IMG/VR virus record: IMGVR_UViG_3300001346_000002
Source: a virus
DNA length: 32,903 nucleotides
Strand: one strand, 5' to 3'
The notes beneath the pieces are model-generated. The model did no database searches and was not told the DNA's origin. It was given only the letters and a program-made list of their open reading frames with translations. Positions 17,750 to 25,309 of the stretch are shown here, piece after piece (positions within the stretch are counted from its first letter, which is position 1; each line of letters starts with the position of its first letter). A program made the position numbers and the translations under genes.

Positions 17750-18784
17750 ATGCAGCACAGAAATACTAAGCGACTAAGATTAAAACAAGACGAGTTCGAC
17801 CTTATCCAAAAATACAGAAGGATAAAAGAGGAAAGCATAGCAGCAGGAGTTAATCCCGATGACGTAAAACATGGATGGCTCAAGACTGACAACAGTAGTC
17901 TATTCTTTAAAAACCCAAACTTTAAGACTGAGGCAAAAAATAAGTTTGCAGAGGACTTAATTAAAGAGCTAGAACAATACTCGCCAAAGTATCCTACTAT
18001 AAAACGGAGCAAGTCAAAGGATGGGCATTTATTAGTAATAGACCCTGCAGACATTCATGTAGGTAAACTTTGTTCTATATTAGAAACTGGCAAAGAGTAT
18101 AATCAACAGATAGCAGTTAGACAAGTAAAGGAGGGCGTACAAGGCATCTTAGATAAGTCTAGCGGATTTAATATAGATAAGATAAACTTTATTGCAGGTA
18201 ATGACATACTACACACCGATACACCGAAAAGAAATACTACAAGTGGAACTCCGCAGGATACAGATGGAATGTGGTACGAGAATTTCTTAAATGCTAAGAG
18301 GTTATACGTTGAGGTTATAGAGCAGCTTATTCAGATTGCAGATGTACACTTTACTTTTAACCCTAGTAACCACGATTACATGACAGGGTTCTTTTTAGCT
18401 GATGTAATTAAAACACATTTCAGACATTGTAAAAATATAACTTTCGACTGTAGTATAGCACACCGTAAATACTTTAAATACCACAAGAACTTAATAGGCA
18501 CTACTCATGGCGATGGAGCAAAGAACCAAGACCTACCCTTATTAATGGCTACAGAAAGACCTATTCTCTGGAGTGAAACAGACTACAGATATGTATATAC
18601 ACATCATGTTCATCATAAAAACGCAAAGGACTACATAGGGGTTACTGTAGAAAGTTTGAGAAGTCCAAGTCCTGCGGATAGTTGGCACGATAGAAACGGT
18701 TATGTATCTAAACAAGCTATAGAAGGATTTATACATCACAAAGAGAATGGACAAATAGCACGACTAACACATTACTTTAAATGA
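17750..18784 (+). CDS. Calcineurin-like metallophosphoesterase, 344 aa
   Basis: The ordered metallophosphoesterase motifs are present: DPADIHVG (DxH), GNDILH (GD-type), PSNHDY (GNHD/E), TTHGDG (H) and THHVHH (GHxH). Confidence 0.65.
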   Translation: MQHRNTKRLRLKQDEFDLIQKYRRIKEESIAAGVNPDDVKHGWLKTDNSSLFFKNPNFKTEAKNKFAEDLIKELEQYSPKYPTIKRSKSKDGHLLVIDPADIHVGKLCSILETGKEYNQQIAVRQVKEGVQGILDKSSGFNIDKINFIAGNDILHTDTPKRNTTSGTPQDTDGMWYENFLNAKRLYVEVIEQLIQIADVHFTFNPSNHDYMTGFFLADVIKTHFRHCKNITFDCSIAHRKYFKYHKNLIGTTHGDGAKNQDLPLLMATERPILWSETDYRYVYTHHVHHKNAKDYIGVTVESLRSPSPADSWHDRNGYVSKQAIEGFIHHKENGQIARLTHYFK

Positions 18785-18963
18785 CAAGGATAGAACTTTC
18801 TGATAATGAAATAGAGTATAGTACTTACTTCCCTATTCCAGACCCACACGATATAATGTACAGCTTTGAGGAGATGGTTAGAATGTACACTAAAGCAGAC
18901 ATTGAAGTTGATAACTATATAATAGAACGTGCAAAAGAAATAAGTATAAAAAACAGTAACTAA
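18781..18963 (+). CDS. Hypothetical protein, 60 aa
   Basis: ORF with a 4-nt ATGA overlap with the upstream gene. Confidence 0.45.
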   Translation: MTRIELSDNEIEYSTYFPIPDPHDIMYSFEEMVRMYTKADIEVDNYIIERAKEISIKNSN

Positions 18964-18966
18964 AAT

Positions 18967-18982
18967 AAAAGTATTATATTTG
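18967..18982 (+). promoter_or_regulatory. Promoter-like box AAAAGTATTATATTTG (perfect TAnnTTTG)
   Basis: The 15-mer AAAAGTATTATATTT is identical to 27954..27968. It sits upstream of, not after, the terminator at 19013. Confidence 0.4.
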
Positions 18983-19012
18983 TCCTTTCGTGGTTTAGTT
19001 TAGTTTGGAAAG

Positions 19013-19045
19013 AGAGTTAACATTCATTTGTTAGCTCTTTTTTTT
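19013..19045 (+). terminator. Rho-independent terminator
   Basis: AGAGTTAAC-attcattt-GTTAGCTCT forms a 9-bp stem with one G-U pair, followed by a T run of 7. Confidence 0.75.
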
Positions 19046-19092
19046 GTGCCTAATTAAAAAAACTACCTGCAAAATTTTTTTATTCCAAAACT

Positions 19093-19100
19093 TATATTTA
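19093..19100 (+). promoter_or_regulatory. Promoter-like -7 box TATATTTA, 23 nt before the ATG at 19124
   Basis: AAAACTTATATTTA fits the recurring AAAA..TATATTT pattern and is located after the terminator. Confidence 0.35.
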
Positions 19101-19123
19101 ATATTGTTGAAAACTTTTAAACT

Positions 19124-19399
19124 ATGGAAATACAAAAAATTAATACACGATTCATGCAAGGCAACAAAACTGAGGGAGTATTTGACTTACTGGCTGATTA
19201 TTACGGAATGCCAGAAGTATGTAACAATGAAATAGATTTTTGCGATTGTATTTATTCAGATGGCTTTATTAGAGCTATTGAGCAAGATAACTTAATACCT
19301 GTTTTAGGCAGTCACCAATTAAATCAAGAAAGGAAAACAGAGCAAGAATATCATCATTTTATATATAACGAAGATTGCTATATTATTTACTTTAACTAA
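19124..19399 (+). CDS. Hypothetical protein, 91 aa
   Basis: ORF with the recurrent ACTATGGAAA start context. I prefer it over the overlapping 19044..19235 ORF. Confidence 0.5.
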   Translation: MEIQKINTRFMQGNKTEGVFDLLADYYGMPEVCNNEIDFCDCIYSDGFIRAIEQDNLIPVLGSHQLNQERKTEQEYHHFIYNEDCYIIYFN

Positions 19400-19412
19400 A
19401 AACTATAACACT

Positions 19413-19592
19413 ATGGAAACATCATTCAATAAAATCTGCAAAAGTATTGCAACGCTTAAAACAGAGTCTCAATGTGAATCTATTGAGGCAATGATTAAAA
19501 CCTTCAAAGAAAAGTATCAAAGAGAAGGACACGAGTATTCTTACATATTGGTAGGAGCTTTATTAATGGCTAAACAAATAAAATTTAACTAA
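19413..19592 (+). CDS. Small hypothetical protein, 59 aa
   Basis: Hand-translated METSFNKICKSIATLKTESQCESIEAMIKTFKEKYQREGHEYSYILVGALLMAKQIKFN. It has the same CTATGGAAAC start context and a TAATG overlap with the next gene. Confidence 0.45.
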   Translation: METSFNKICKSIATLKTESQCESIEAMIKTFKEKYQREGHEYSYILVGALLMAKQIKFN

Positions 19593-19777
19593 TGAAAAGA
19601 AAACTAACCCATTCACTTTGCGAGATGCAAAAAGTAAACAAAGACCTTTATGAAGTATTTACTACTGACTTTTGGGATAACGGAACTTATACAATTAAAG
19701 ACATCTCACACCACTCAACAGAGCAGGAAGCAATAGAACAGAAATTAATTAACAAACATAAAAACGAAAACAAATGA
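19592..19777 (+). CDS. Hypothetical protein, 61 aa
   Basis: The ORF is coupled on both sides (TAATG upstream, ATGA downstream). Confidence 0.45.
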   Translation: MKRKLTHSLCEMQKVNKDLYEVFTTDFWDNGTYTIKDISHHSTEQEAIEQKLINKHKNENK

Positions 19778-20310
19778 AAGAACTACTAAACATTCAAAGC
19801 GAATTAAAAGCGCCTAAGAGCCAATACAATAGTTTTGGTAAGTATAAATACAGAAACTGTGAAGATGTCTTAGAGGCTCTTAAACCACTCTTAAAAAAGA
19901 ACAAATGCACTTTGTATATCTCAGACAATATACTAGAGGTCGGAGGCTTAGTATTTGTAGAAGCAATAGCAACTATAAAGAATGAGAAAGACCAAGAGGT
20001 AGCAGTATCTGCACAGGCAGGAATAAACCCAAATAAGAAAGGAATGGATATAGCACAGTCTTTTGGAAGCTCCTCCAGTTATGCTAGAAAGTACGCCCTT
20101 AATGGTTTGTTTTTAATAGACGATACAAAGGATGCAGATACAGAAGCGCCACAGCCTAAGCAAAAAGAAAAGATAACAGATGGCAACCTCTCAGGAATGA
20201 TGTTAAAAGCTAGTATAGGAGATTTAAGAACTATAATAAAAGACTTTACCTTAACAAAAGAGCAGCACAATAAAGTAGCAGAAATGGGTAAAAAACTAAA
20301 AGCTAAATAA
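19774..20310 (+). CDS. erf: ERF-family single-strand annealing recombinase
   Basis: KSQYNSFGKYKYRNCEDVLEALKPLL .. SFGSSSSYARKYALNGLFLIDD matches the ERF superfamily pattern. An exonuclease gene follows downstream. Confidence 0.7.
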   Translation: MKELLNIQSELKAPKSQYNSFGKYKYRNCEDVLEALKPLLKKNKCTLYISDNILEVGGLVFVEAIATIKNEKDQEVAVSAQAGINPNKKGMDIAQSFGSSSSYARKYALNGLFLIDDTKDADTEAPQPKQKEKITDGNLSGMMLKASIGDLRTIIKDFTLTKEQHNKVAEMGKKLKAK

Positions 20311-20312
20311 CT

Positions 20313-20471
20313 ATGGAAACACTAGAAAGCATACCAGACGAAAGTAGAATAACTTTGTTGAAGTCAACTATTAAAGTACAAGAGAAAATTATACAAGCTC
20401 TTGAAGAACGAATAGAACTACTAAAACAAAACCATAAACTAGAAATTAAAAACTATTACATAAAAAAATAA
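20313..20471 (+). CDS. Small coiled-coil hypothetical protein, 52 aa
   Basis: Hand-translated METLESIPDESRITLLKSTIKVQEKIIQALEERIELLKQNHKLEIKNYYIKK. It has the CTATGGAAAC start context. Confidence 0.4.
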   Translation: METLESIPDESRITLLKSTIKVQEKIIQALEERIELLKQNHKLEIKNYYIKK

Positions 20472-20473
20472 CT

Positions 20474-21109
20474 ATGAAAATTAGAAGCAGCGCACTAGGA
20501 AAGATTATGACAAACCCACGTAAGAAAAGTGAAACATTGTCAGCAGGTTGTAAAACTTACATAAAGGAACTTGTAAAAGAGGACTTATTCGGTTATAAGT
20601 CTACAATAGATAGTAAATACCTAACCAAAGGAATAGACTTAGAAGATACGAGTATAGACCTTTATAATGAGGTACATGGTACTTTATACCTAAAGAATAC
20701 AGAACGCCTCTCTAATGAGTTTATAACTGGCGAATGCGACATTAACGCAGAGGATAAGATAATCGACATAAAAAGCTCATGGAGTTTAGAGACATTTCCT
20801 GCATCTCCTGACGATGTAAATAACAAAGATTATGAATGGCAACTTAGAGCTTATATGTGGCTTTACAATAAACCTAAAGCAGAACTAGCTTACTGCATGG
20901 TTTCAACTCCAGACTACTTACTTAAAGACTGGGATAATTGGGATATACACAAAGTAGATAAACACGACCCTTTTTTAAGAGTTACCTGTATTAGTTTTGA
21001 AAGAGACACAGATAAAGAGCAGGAGATAATGGAGCGAGTAATTGAATGCGGTAAGTTCTATATTGAGTATAGAGATTCGATACTAAACAAACAACTAATA
21101 CTAAGCTAA
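20474..21109 (+). CDS. PD-(D/E)XK recombination exonuclease (YqaJ / lambda-Exo-like)
   Basis: N-terminal SSALGKIM resembles the YqaJ signature. GECDINAEDKIIDIKS supplies the D..D/E-x-K nuclease core. It is partnered with ERF. Confidence 0.6.
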   Translation: MKIRSSALGKIMTNPRKKSETLSAGCKTYIKELVKEDLFGYKSTIDSKYLTKGIDLEDTSIDLYNEVHGTLYLKNTERLSNEFITGECDINAEDKIIDIKSSWSLETFPASPDDVNNKDYEWQLRAYMWLYNKPKAELAYCMVSTPDYLLKDWDNWDIHKVDKHDPFLRVTCISFERDTDKEQEIMERVIECGKFYIEYRDSILNKQLILS

Positions 21110-21339
21110 TGAGAAAGGAGGACAGAGATAAACCCTACATTTATAAAGTCTATAATAGTAGGGGAAACTTAGAGGAGTACAGTAGGTATTACAGAACTAA
21201 ACGAGAAGCTGTAGACTGGTACAATACTCATGGCAAATGGTTAGAGAAACACTTTAACAGAAAACTAATATTAATCGACACAGATATAAACTTATTTACT
21301 TATGTACCAAGCGCACTATTTAACAGACAAAGGAATTAA
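21109..21339 (+). CDS. Hypothetical protein, 76 aa
   Basis: ORF with a TAATG overlap with the upstream gene. Confidence 0.45.
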   Translation: MRKEDRDKPYIYKVYNSRGNLEEYSRYYRTKREAVDWYNTHGKWLEKHFNRKLILIDTDINLFTYVPSALFNRQRN

Positions 21340-21700
21340 AGCCTATTTAAGAACAGTAGACGAGGAGGTCTACAGAAAACATAAACAAATGTATTTGAAT
21401 CACGATAAACACATAGACAATATTTGCAGGATAATATTTGCATATTTTGATGTGCCACTAGAAAAGATAAAAGTAAAGAACAGACAAGCTCAGATCATAA
21501 GAGCTAAACAATTTACTGCTTATTTTCTTAGGCGAGAAGTTCGTAGAATAACCTTGACCGAGATAGGCCAAGTATTCGACCTAGACCATGCAACAGCTTT
21601 GCATTCTATTAGCAAAATAAAAGGACTAATAGAAATAGACAAAGAATATAGAGAGTATCACAATGAACTATGTACTAAACTAATGGACTTATATAGATAA
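21302..21700 (+). CDS. DnaA domain-IV-like DNA-binding protein. The start is uncertain; an alternative ATG lies at 21389.
   Basis: IIRAKQFTAYFLRREVRRITLTEIGQVFDLDHATALHSISKI closely follows the DnaA C-terminal HTH pattern (RQIAMYL..SL.EIG..FG.RDHTTV.HA..KI). Confidence 0.6.
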   Translation: MYQAHYLTDKGIKAYLRTVDEEVYRKHKQMYLNHDKHIDNICRIIFAYFDVPLEKIKVKNRQAQIIRAKQFTAYFLRREVRRITLTEIGQVFDLDHATALHSISKIKGLIEIDKEYREYHNELCTKLMDLYR

Positions 21701-21715
21701 AATTTAGTATATTTG
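21698..21715 (+). promoter_or_regulatory. Early promoter candidate TAAAATTTAGTATATTTG (perfect TAnnTTTG)
   Basis: The 17-mer is identical to 17717..17733. It lies 24 nt before the ATG at 21740. Confidence 0.5.
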
Positions 21716-21739
21716 TAACCAATTAAAAATTAATAAATT

Positions 21740-22081
21740 ATGGAACTAGAAGTAAAAGGAACTATTAAAACAATAGGAGAAACAGTAGAAGGAGTTAACA
21801 AGGCAGGACACGACTGGCAAAAGTTAACCTATACATTAACCACAGACGAACAGTATAATAATTTTTATGCGTTTGAAGTATTAGGAAAGGATGCTAGTAC
21901 AATGTTTAGAAAGTTTAACAAAGTAGGTGATAAGGTTAGCGTAAAATTTAATGTAAACACCAATGAGTGGAAAGGCAAATACTACACGACTCTACAGTCT
22001 TGGAGATGCACAAAAGACGATGTACAGACTACAGAGAAAGAAACTGTACAGGCTGAGACAGAGGATGATTTACCCTTTTAG
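21740..22081 (+). CDS. Small OB-fold single-stranded-DNA-binding protein (DUF3127-like) with a canonical acidic SSB tip
   Basis: The C-terminus ..AETEDDLPF mimics the bacterial SSB tail DDDIPF. The body resembles the Bacteroidota DUF3127 family as I recall it. It is a monocistronic unit with its own promoter box. Confidence 0.55.
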   Translation: MELEVKGTIKTIGETVEGVNKAGHDWQKLTYTLTTDEQYNNFYAFEVLGKDASTMFRKFNKVGDKVSVKFNVNTNEWKGKYYTTLQSWRCTKDDVQTTEKETVQAETEDDLPF

Positions 22082-22128
22082 GAAGGTAATACAATTATTT
22101 TTAAGCAACGGATATAAAATAAAATAGC

Positions 22129-22136
22129 TATATTTG
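22129..22136 (+). promoter_or_regulatory. Promoter-like -7 box TATATTTG (context AAAATAGCTATATTTGTACAAG)
   Basis: Perfect TAnnTTTG in the intergenic region. It lies upstream of the terminator at 22213. Confidence 0.4.
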
Positions 22137-22212
22137 TACAAGTTAAAAAAATAATTACAATAGATATATGTGGGCAGGTACAAAAGGTCTACAGTAATAT
22201 ATTAATAAATTG

Positions 22213-22267
22213 AACCCTTTAACGGTTAGTAGAGTTGTACCCTCGAACGCTGTTAAAGGGTTTTTTT
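22213..22267 (+). terminator. Long-loop intrinsic terminator or attenuator, 11 nt upstream of the replication module
   Basis: AACCCTTTAAC (22213..22223) pairs with GTTAAAGGGTT (22252..22262), followed by T7. Confidence 0.65.
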
Positions 22268-22277
22268 ATGCAAGCAC

Positions 22278-22895
22278 ATGAGTAACGGATGGATTAAAAT
22301 ACATAGAAAATTATTAGATTGGGAGTGGTACGATGAGCCAAATGTAATGAGGTTATTTTTACACTTGCTTTTAAAAGCTAATCACAAAGACAAAAGCTAT
22401 AGAGGTACAGTAATAAAAAAAGGTACGCTTTTAACTGGTAGAGATTTACTAGCTAAAGAGACAGGGTTAAGTATTCAGCAAATAAGGACAGCAATAAACA
22501 AGCTAAAATCAACCAACGAAATAACCATTAAAACCAACAAACAAGGCTCTGTTATTCAAATAGTTAAGTATGAAGAATACCAAATAGTAACCAACATAGT
22601 AACCAACAAGCAACCAGATAGCAACCAACAACTAACCACTAACAAGAATGTAAAGAAAGAAAAGAAGTTAGTGTATCGCAGTTTTAAACACCTAAGTATA
22701 ACTGTTGAGGACGTAAGAAAACTAGACAAGGAATACACAAAGAAACAAATAGATTATATTTTAGATGCTATAGAAAACTATGCTAAGAATAAAAGCTATA
22801 CATCTTTATATCTTACAGCTAAGAAATGGCTCGCTAAAGAATACCCTAAGCCAAAAGAAAAAATAGTTATTCACCCTAAAGACTACCTAGCATGA
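22278..22895 (+). CDS. Replication initiator / replisome-organiser-like protein (N-terminal winged helix)
   Basis: GWIKIHRKLLDWEWYDEPNVMRLFLHLLLKAN..GTLLTGRDLLAKETGLSIQQIRTAINKL fits the phage replisome-organiser N-terminal pattern. It is 4-nt coupled to the helicase gene and carries internal iteron-like repeats. Confidence 0.55.
   Translation: MSNGWIKIHRKLLDWEWYDEPNVMRLFLHLLLKANHKDKSYRGTVIKKGTLLTGRDLLAKETGLSIQQIRTAINKLKSTNEITIKTNKQGSVIQIVKYEEYQIVTNIVTNKQPDSNQQLTTNKNVKKEKKLVYRSFKHLSITVEDVRKLDKEYTKKQIDYILDAIENYAKNKSYTSLYLTAKKWLAKEYPKPKEKIVIHPKDYLA
22584..22629 (+). repeat. Iteron-like direct repeats ATAG(T/C)AACCAAC x3, at 22584, 22596 and 22618, within a wider cluster of AACCAAC heptamers (22511..22640)
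   Basis: Read directly: atagtaaccaac atagtaaccaac aagcaaccag atagcaaccaac. Further AACCAAC copies occur at 22511 and 22542, and variants at 22612 and 22634. Confidence 0.6.
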
Positions 22896-23953
22896 TATTA
22901 GAAAACAACTCAGGCAAAAAGTATTTAGATTCTATTAGGGATGGTAGCTTTAAACTAGGATTAGAAATTGGATGCCCTCTGGATTCACATCTGCGCTACA
23001 AGCAAGGTACATTTAATGTTATGGCTGGACACGCCAACGTAGGAAAGACTAAATTTATACTTTATTATTATCTTTGTTTAGCTGTAAAGCACTCTAAAAA
23101 GTTTTTAATCTTTAGTGCTGAGAATAGCACAGGAGGAATTAAAAGAGATTTAATACAACTCCATGCAGGTAAACAACTAAAAGAACTTGACGAGCAGCAG
23201 TATGAATATCATTTTAACTGGGTAGGCGAACACTTTAAATTTATAGACTTTGAACAGTTCTACAGAATTAACAAAAGGTTTATGAACTTTAGAGATGTGT
23301 TTAAAGCAGCTTTAGATGACTGCGAGTACTTTGATGCTTTGGTTATAGACCCTTACAATAGTTTAGCAACCTGCGAAGATATAAAAGGCAATAGCCACGA
23401 AAGAGATTATGCAGTAGCTAGTGAGTTTAGAATGTTCTGCAAACAAAATAATAAAAGTATTTACTTACTTGCTCATGGAAATACAGAAGCTCTACGTAAA
23501 ACTTTTACAAAAGGACATGATTTTTACGGACACCCTATTCCGTTAATGGCATCCGATATTGAGGGAGGCGGTAAGTGGGTAAACAGAGCAGATGACTTTA
23601 TCGTAATACATAGACTAACTCAGCACGAAAGTGAATGGATGAAAACAGAGGTACACATCCGCAAAATTAAAGAAGTAGAAACTGGAGGCACACCAACCTT
23701 TATGGAATCGCCAGTTATTTTTCACATGGACAAAGGAGGATTAAGTTTTAATTGTTACATTCGTCAAAAAGATTATAGTATATTGCCACCTAATGCAAAA
23801 AACCCATTAAGCGATATGCCAGTAGTAGAACCTAAACAAACGGAATTAAAACCAAATAAAGCATTTGATATAAACCATACCATAGAACCAAAGCCAACTA
23901 AAGACGAGGACTGGCTAAGTGGTTACATGGAAGAGGAAGAATTTAAGATATGA
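22892..23953 (+). CDS. DnaB-like (RecA-fold) replicative helicase
   Basis: Walker A is MAGHANVGKTKF and Walker B is ALVIDPYNSL. It follows the initiator gene with a 4-nt overlap. Confidence 0.65.
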   Translation: MILENNSGKKYLDSIRDGSFKLGLEIGCPLDSHLRYKQGTFNVMAGHANVGKTKFILYYYLCLAVKHSKKFLIFSAENSTGGIKRDLIQLHAGKQLKELDEQQYEYHFNWVGEHFKFIDFEQFYRINKRFMNFRDVFKAALDDCEYFDALVIDPYNSLATCEDIKGNSHERDYAVASEFRMFCKQNNKSIYLLAHGNTEALRKTFTKGHDFYGHPIPLMASDIEGGGKWVNRADDFIVIHRLTQHESEWMKTEVHIRKIKEVETGGTPTFMESPVIFHMDKGGLSFNCYIRQKDYSILPPNAKNPLSDMPVVEPKQTELKPNKAFDINHTIEPKPTKDEDWLSGYMEEEEFKI

Positions 23954-24591
23954 AAGTAACAGATAAAATAACAATAACGAATGAGGATAATATGCAGTTA
24001 ATGGCACGCTATCCAGACAACTATTTTGATTTAGCTATTGTAGACCCTCCTTATGGTATTGATGTTACTAAAATGACACTTGGGAATGGAAAGAAAAAAA
24101 TTAATAGGGGTTTATCAAATTGGGATAGTAGTATACCTACTTTAAAATATTGGAATGAATTGTTTAGAGTTTCTAAAAATCAAATAGTATGGGGAGCAAA
24201 TTATATGACAACATTTTTACCTCCAAGTATGGGTTGGGTGTTTTGGGATAAAGGAACAGGTGCAAATGATTTTTCAGATGGCGAACTTGCATATACAAGT
24301 TTTAATAGGGCATTACGAAAATATAAAGTTTCTTGGGTTGGTGCTAATGCTAATAATGGCACTCCAAGAATACACCCAACAGAAAAACCGATACAACTTT
24401 ACGAATGGTTATTAATGAACTACGCAAAAAAAAACGATAAAATACTTGATACACATTTAGGAAGTGGAAGTATAGCTATTGCTTGCCATAACAGAGGCTT
24501 TGAGTTAACAGCGTGCGAATTAGATAAAGAGTATTACGAAGCAAGTATTAAGAGATTTAAACAACAGACAGCACAACAAACAATGTTTTAA
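23950..24591 (+). CDS. Orphan beta-class DNA methyltransferase (N6-adenine or N4-cytosine family; the DPPY motif favours m6A)
   Basis: Motif IV (IVDPPYGI) is near the N-terminus and the AdoMet motif (ILDTHLGSGS) is near the C-terminus, which is the beta-class order. No restriction endonuclease partner is nearby. Confidence 0.75.
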   Translation: MKVTDKITITNEDNMQLMARYPDNYFDLAIVDPPYGIDVTKMTLGNGKKKINRGLSNWDSSIPTLKYWNELFRVSKNQIVWGANYMTTFLPPSMGWVFWDKGTGANDFSDGELAYTSFNRALRKYKVSWVGANANNGTPRIHPTEKPIQLYEWLLMNYAKKNDKILDTHLGSGSIAIACHNRGFELTACELDKEYYEASIKRFKQQTAQQTMF

Positions 24592-24593
24592 TT

Positions 24594-24944
24594 ATGACAC
24601 TAGAACAACTAACTACAAAACTAGAATTGAATATTCTTATTGAAAGGGTACTAGAAAAGAACGGAGCTTATAAACAGCCTCTAAGCAAAGAAGAAGCTCT
24701 AAAAGGTCTTACCCTATCAGAAGACGCTAAAAGTACCTTAAACACGCTTAAAAGTGCCTTAGAACAGATTAACAAACTGTATGACCTAAGCATCATGTAC
24801 AGTAAAGAATTGAAAAACAAAGATTCACAGATATACAAACTATCTGTAGAAAACAGTAAACTAAGGACTAGAGCTAATTTAGCAGACCAAAGAACAAACA
24901 ACATAACAGATTATATTGAACTACATAAAAACAAAACGACATGA
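24594..24944 (+). CDS. Coiled-coil hypothetical protein, 116 aa
   Basis: ORF with heptad-like Leu/Lys/Glu composition. Confidence 0.5.
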   Translation: MTLEQLTTKLELNILIERVLEKNGAYKQPLSKEEALKGLTLSEDAKSTLNTLKSALEQINKLYDLSIMYSKELKNKDSQIYKLSVENSKLRTRANLADQRTNNITDYIELHKNKTT

Positions 24945-25309
24945 AACTACTAAAACAATGCACACTCGATGGAGTGACAAGACGAAAAGACAAGAGCTTA
25001 AAAATTTCTTTTATTACAAACCTAGAGCAAAGCAGTACAGAATTAATGGAAGTCGACAAGCTACTAGACTCAAACGGAATACTATACTTTAAAGATAGTG
25101 AAGGACTTTCTACAGATGAAATAAACCAAATTGATAAGGTTGTACTTGACAAACCAAACGGAAAGACCCAGAGCGAAAGACTTAGAAATGTATTATATTT
25201 ATACTGTAAACAGAAGATGAGCAAAGAGCCAACTAAAGAGCAGTTTGCTGAGTTCTACCAAAAGTACACAGAGAAGTATATCCAATATATTAAAGACCAG
25301 TTAAACTAA
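24941..25309 (+). CDS. Hypothetical protein, 122 aa
   Basis: The ORF is 4-nt coupled upstream and abuts the NinG-like gene. Confidence 0.5.
   Translation: MKLLKQCTLDGVTRRKDKSLKISFITNLEQSSTELMEVDKLLDSNGILYFKDSEGLSTDEINQIDKVVLDKPNGKTQSERLRNVLYLYCKQKMSKEPTKEQFAEFYQKYTEKYIQYIKDQLN

Noticed and set aside
17716-18054. Minus-strand 112-aa ORF at the lysis/early boundary. I considered it as a possible divergently transcribed regulator such as a repressor.
   Set aside because: It overlaps the first 300 nt of the metallophosphoesterase gene and the promoter-like box. It has no HTH or other motif, and its composition looks antisense-derived.
19044-19235. + strand 63-aa ORF overlapping the start of 19124..19399
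   Set aside because: It begins inside the terminator/promoter region, is Leu/Lys/Ile-rich AT-driven sequence, and overlaps a better ORF that has the recurrent ACTATGGAAA start context.
22224-22251. The loop of the 22213 hairpin looked slightly tRNA T-arm-like on the minus strand (GTTCGAGGGTACAAC)
   Set aside because: No acceptor stem, anticodon arm or D-arm can be built around it. I found no convincing tRNA anywhere in the window.
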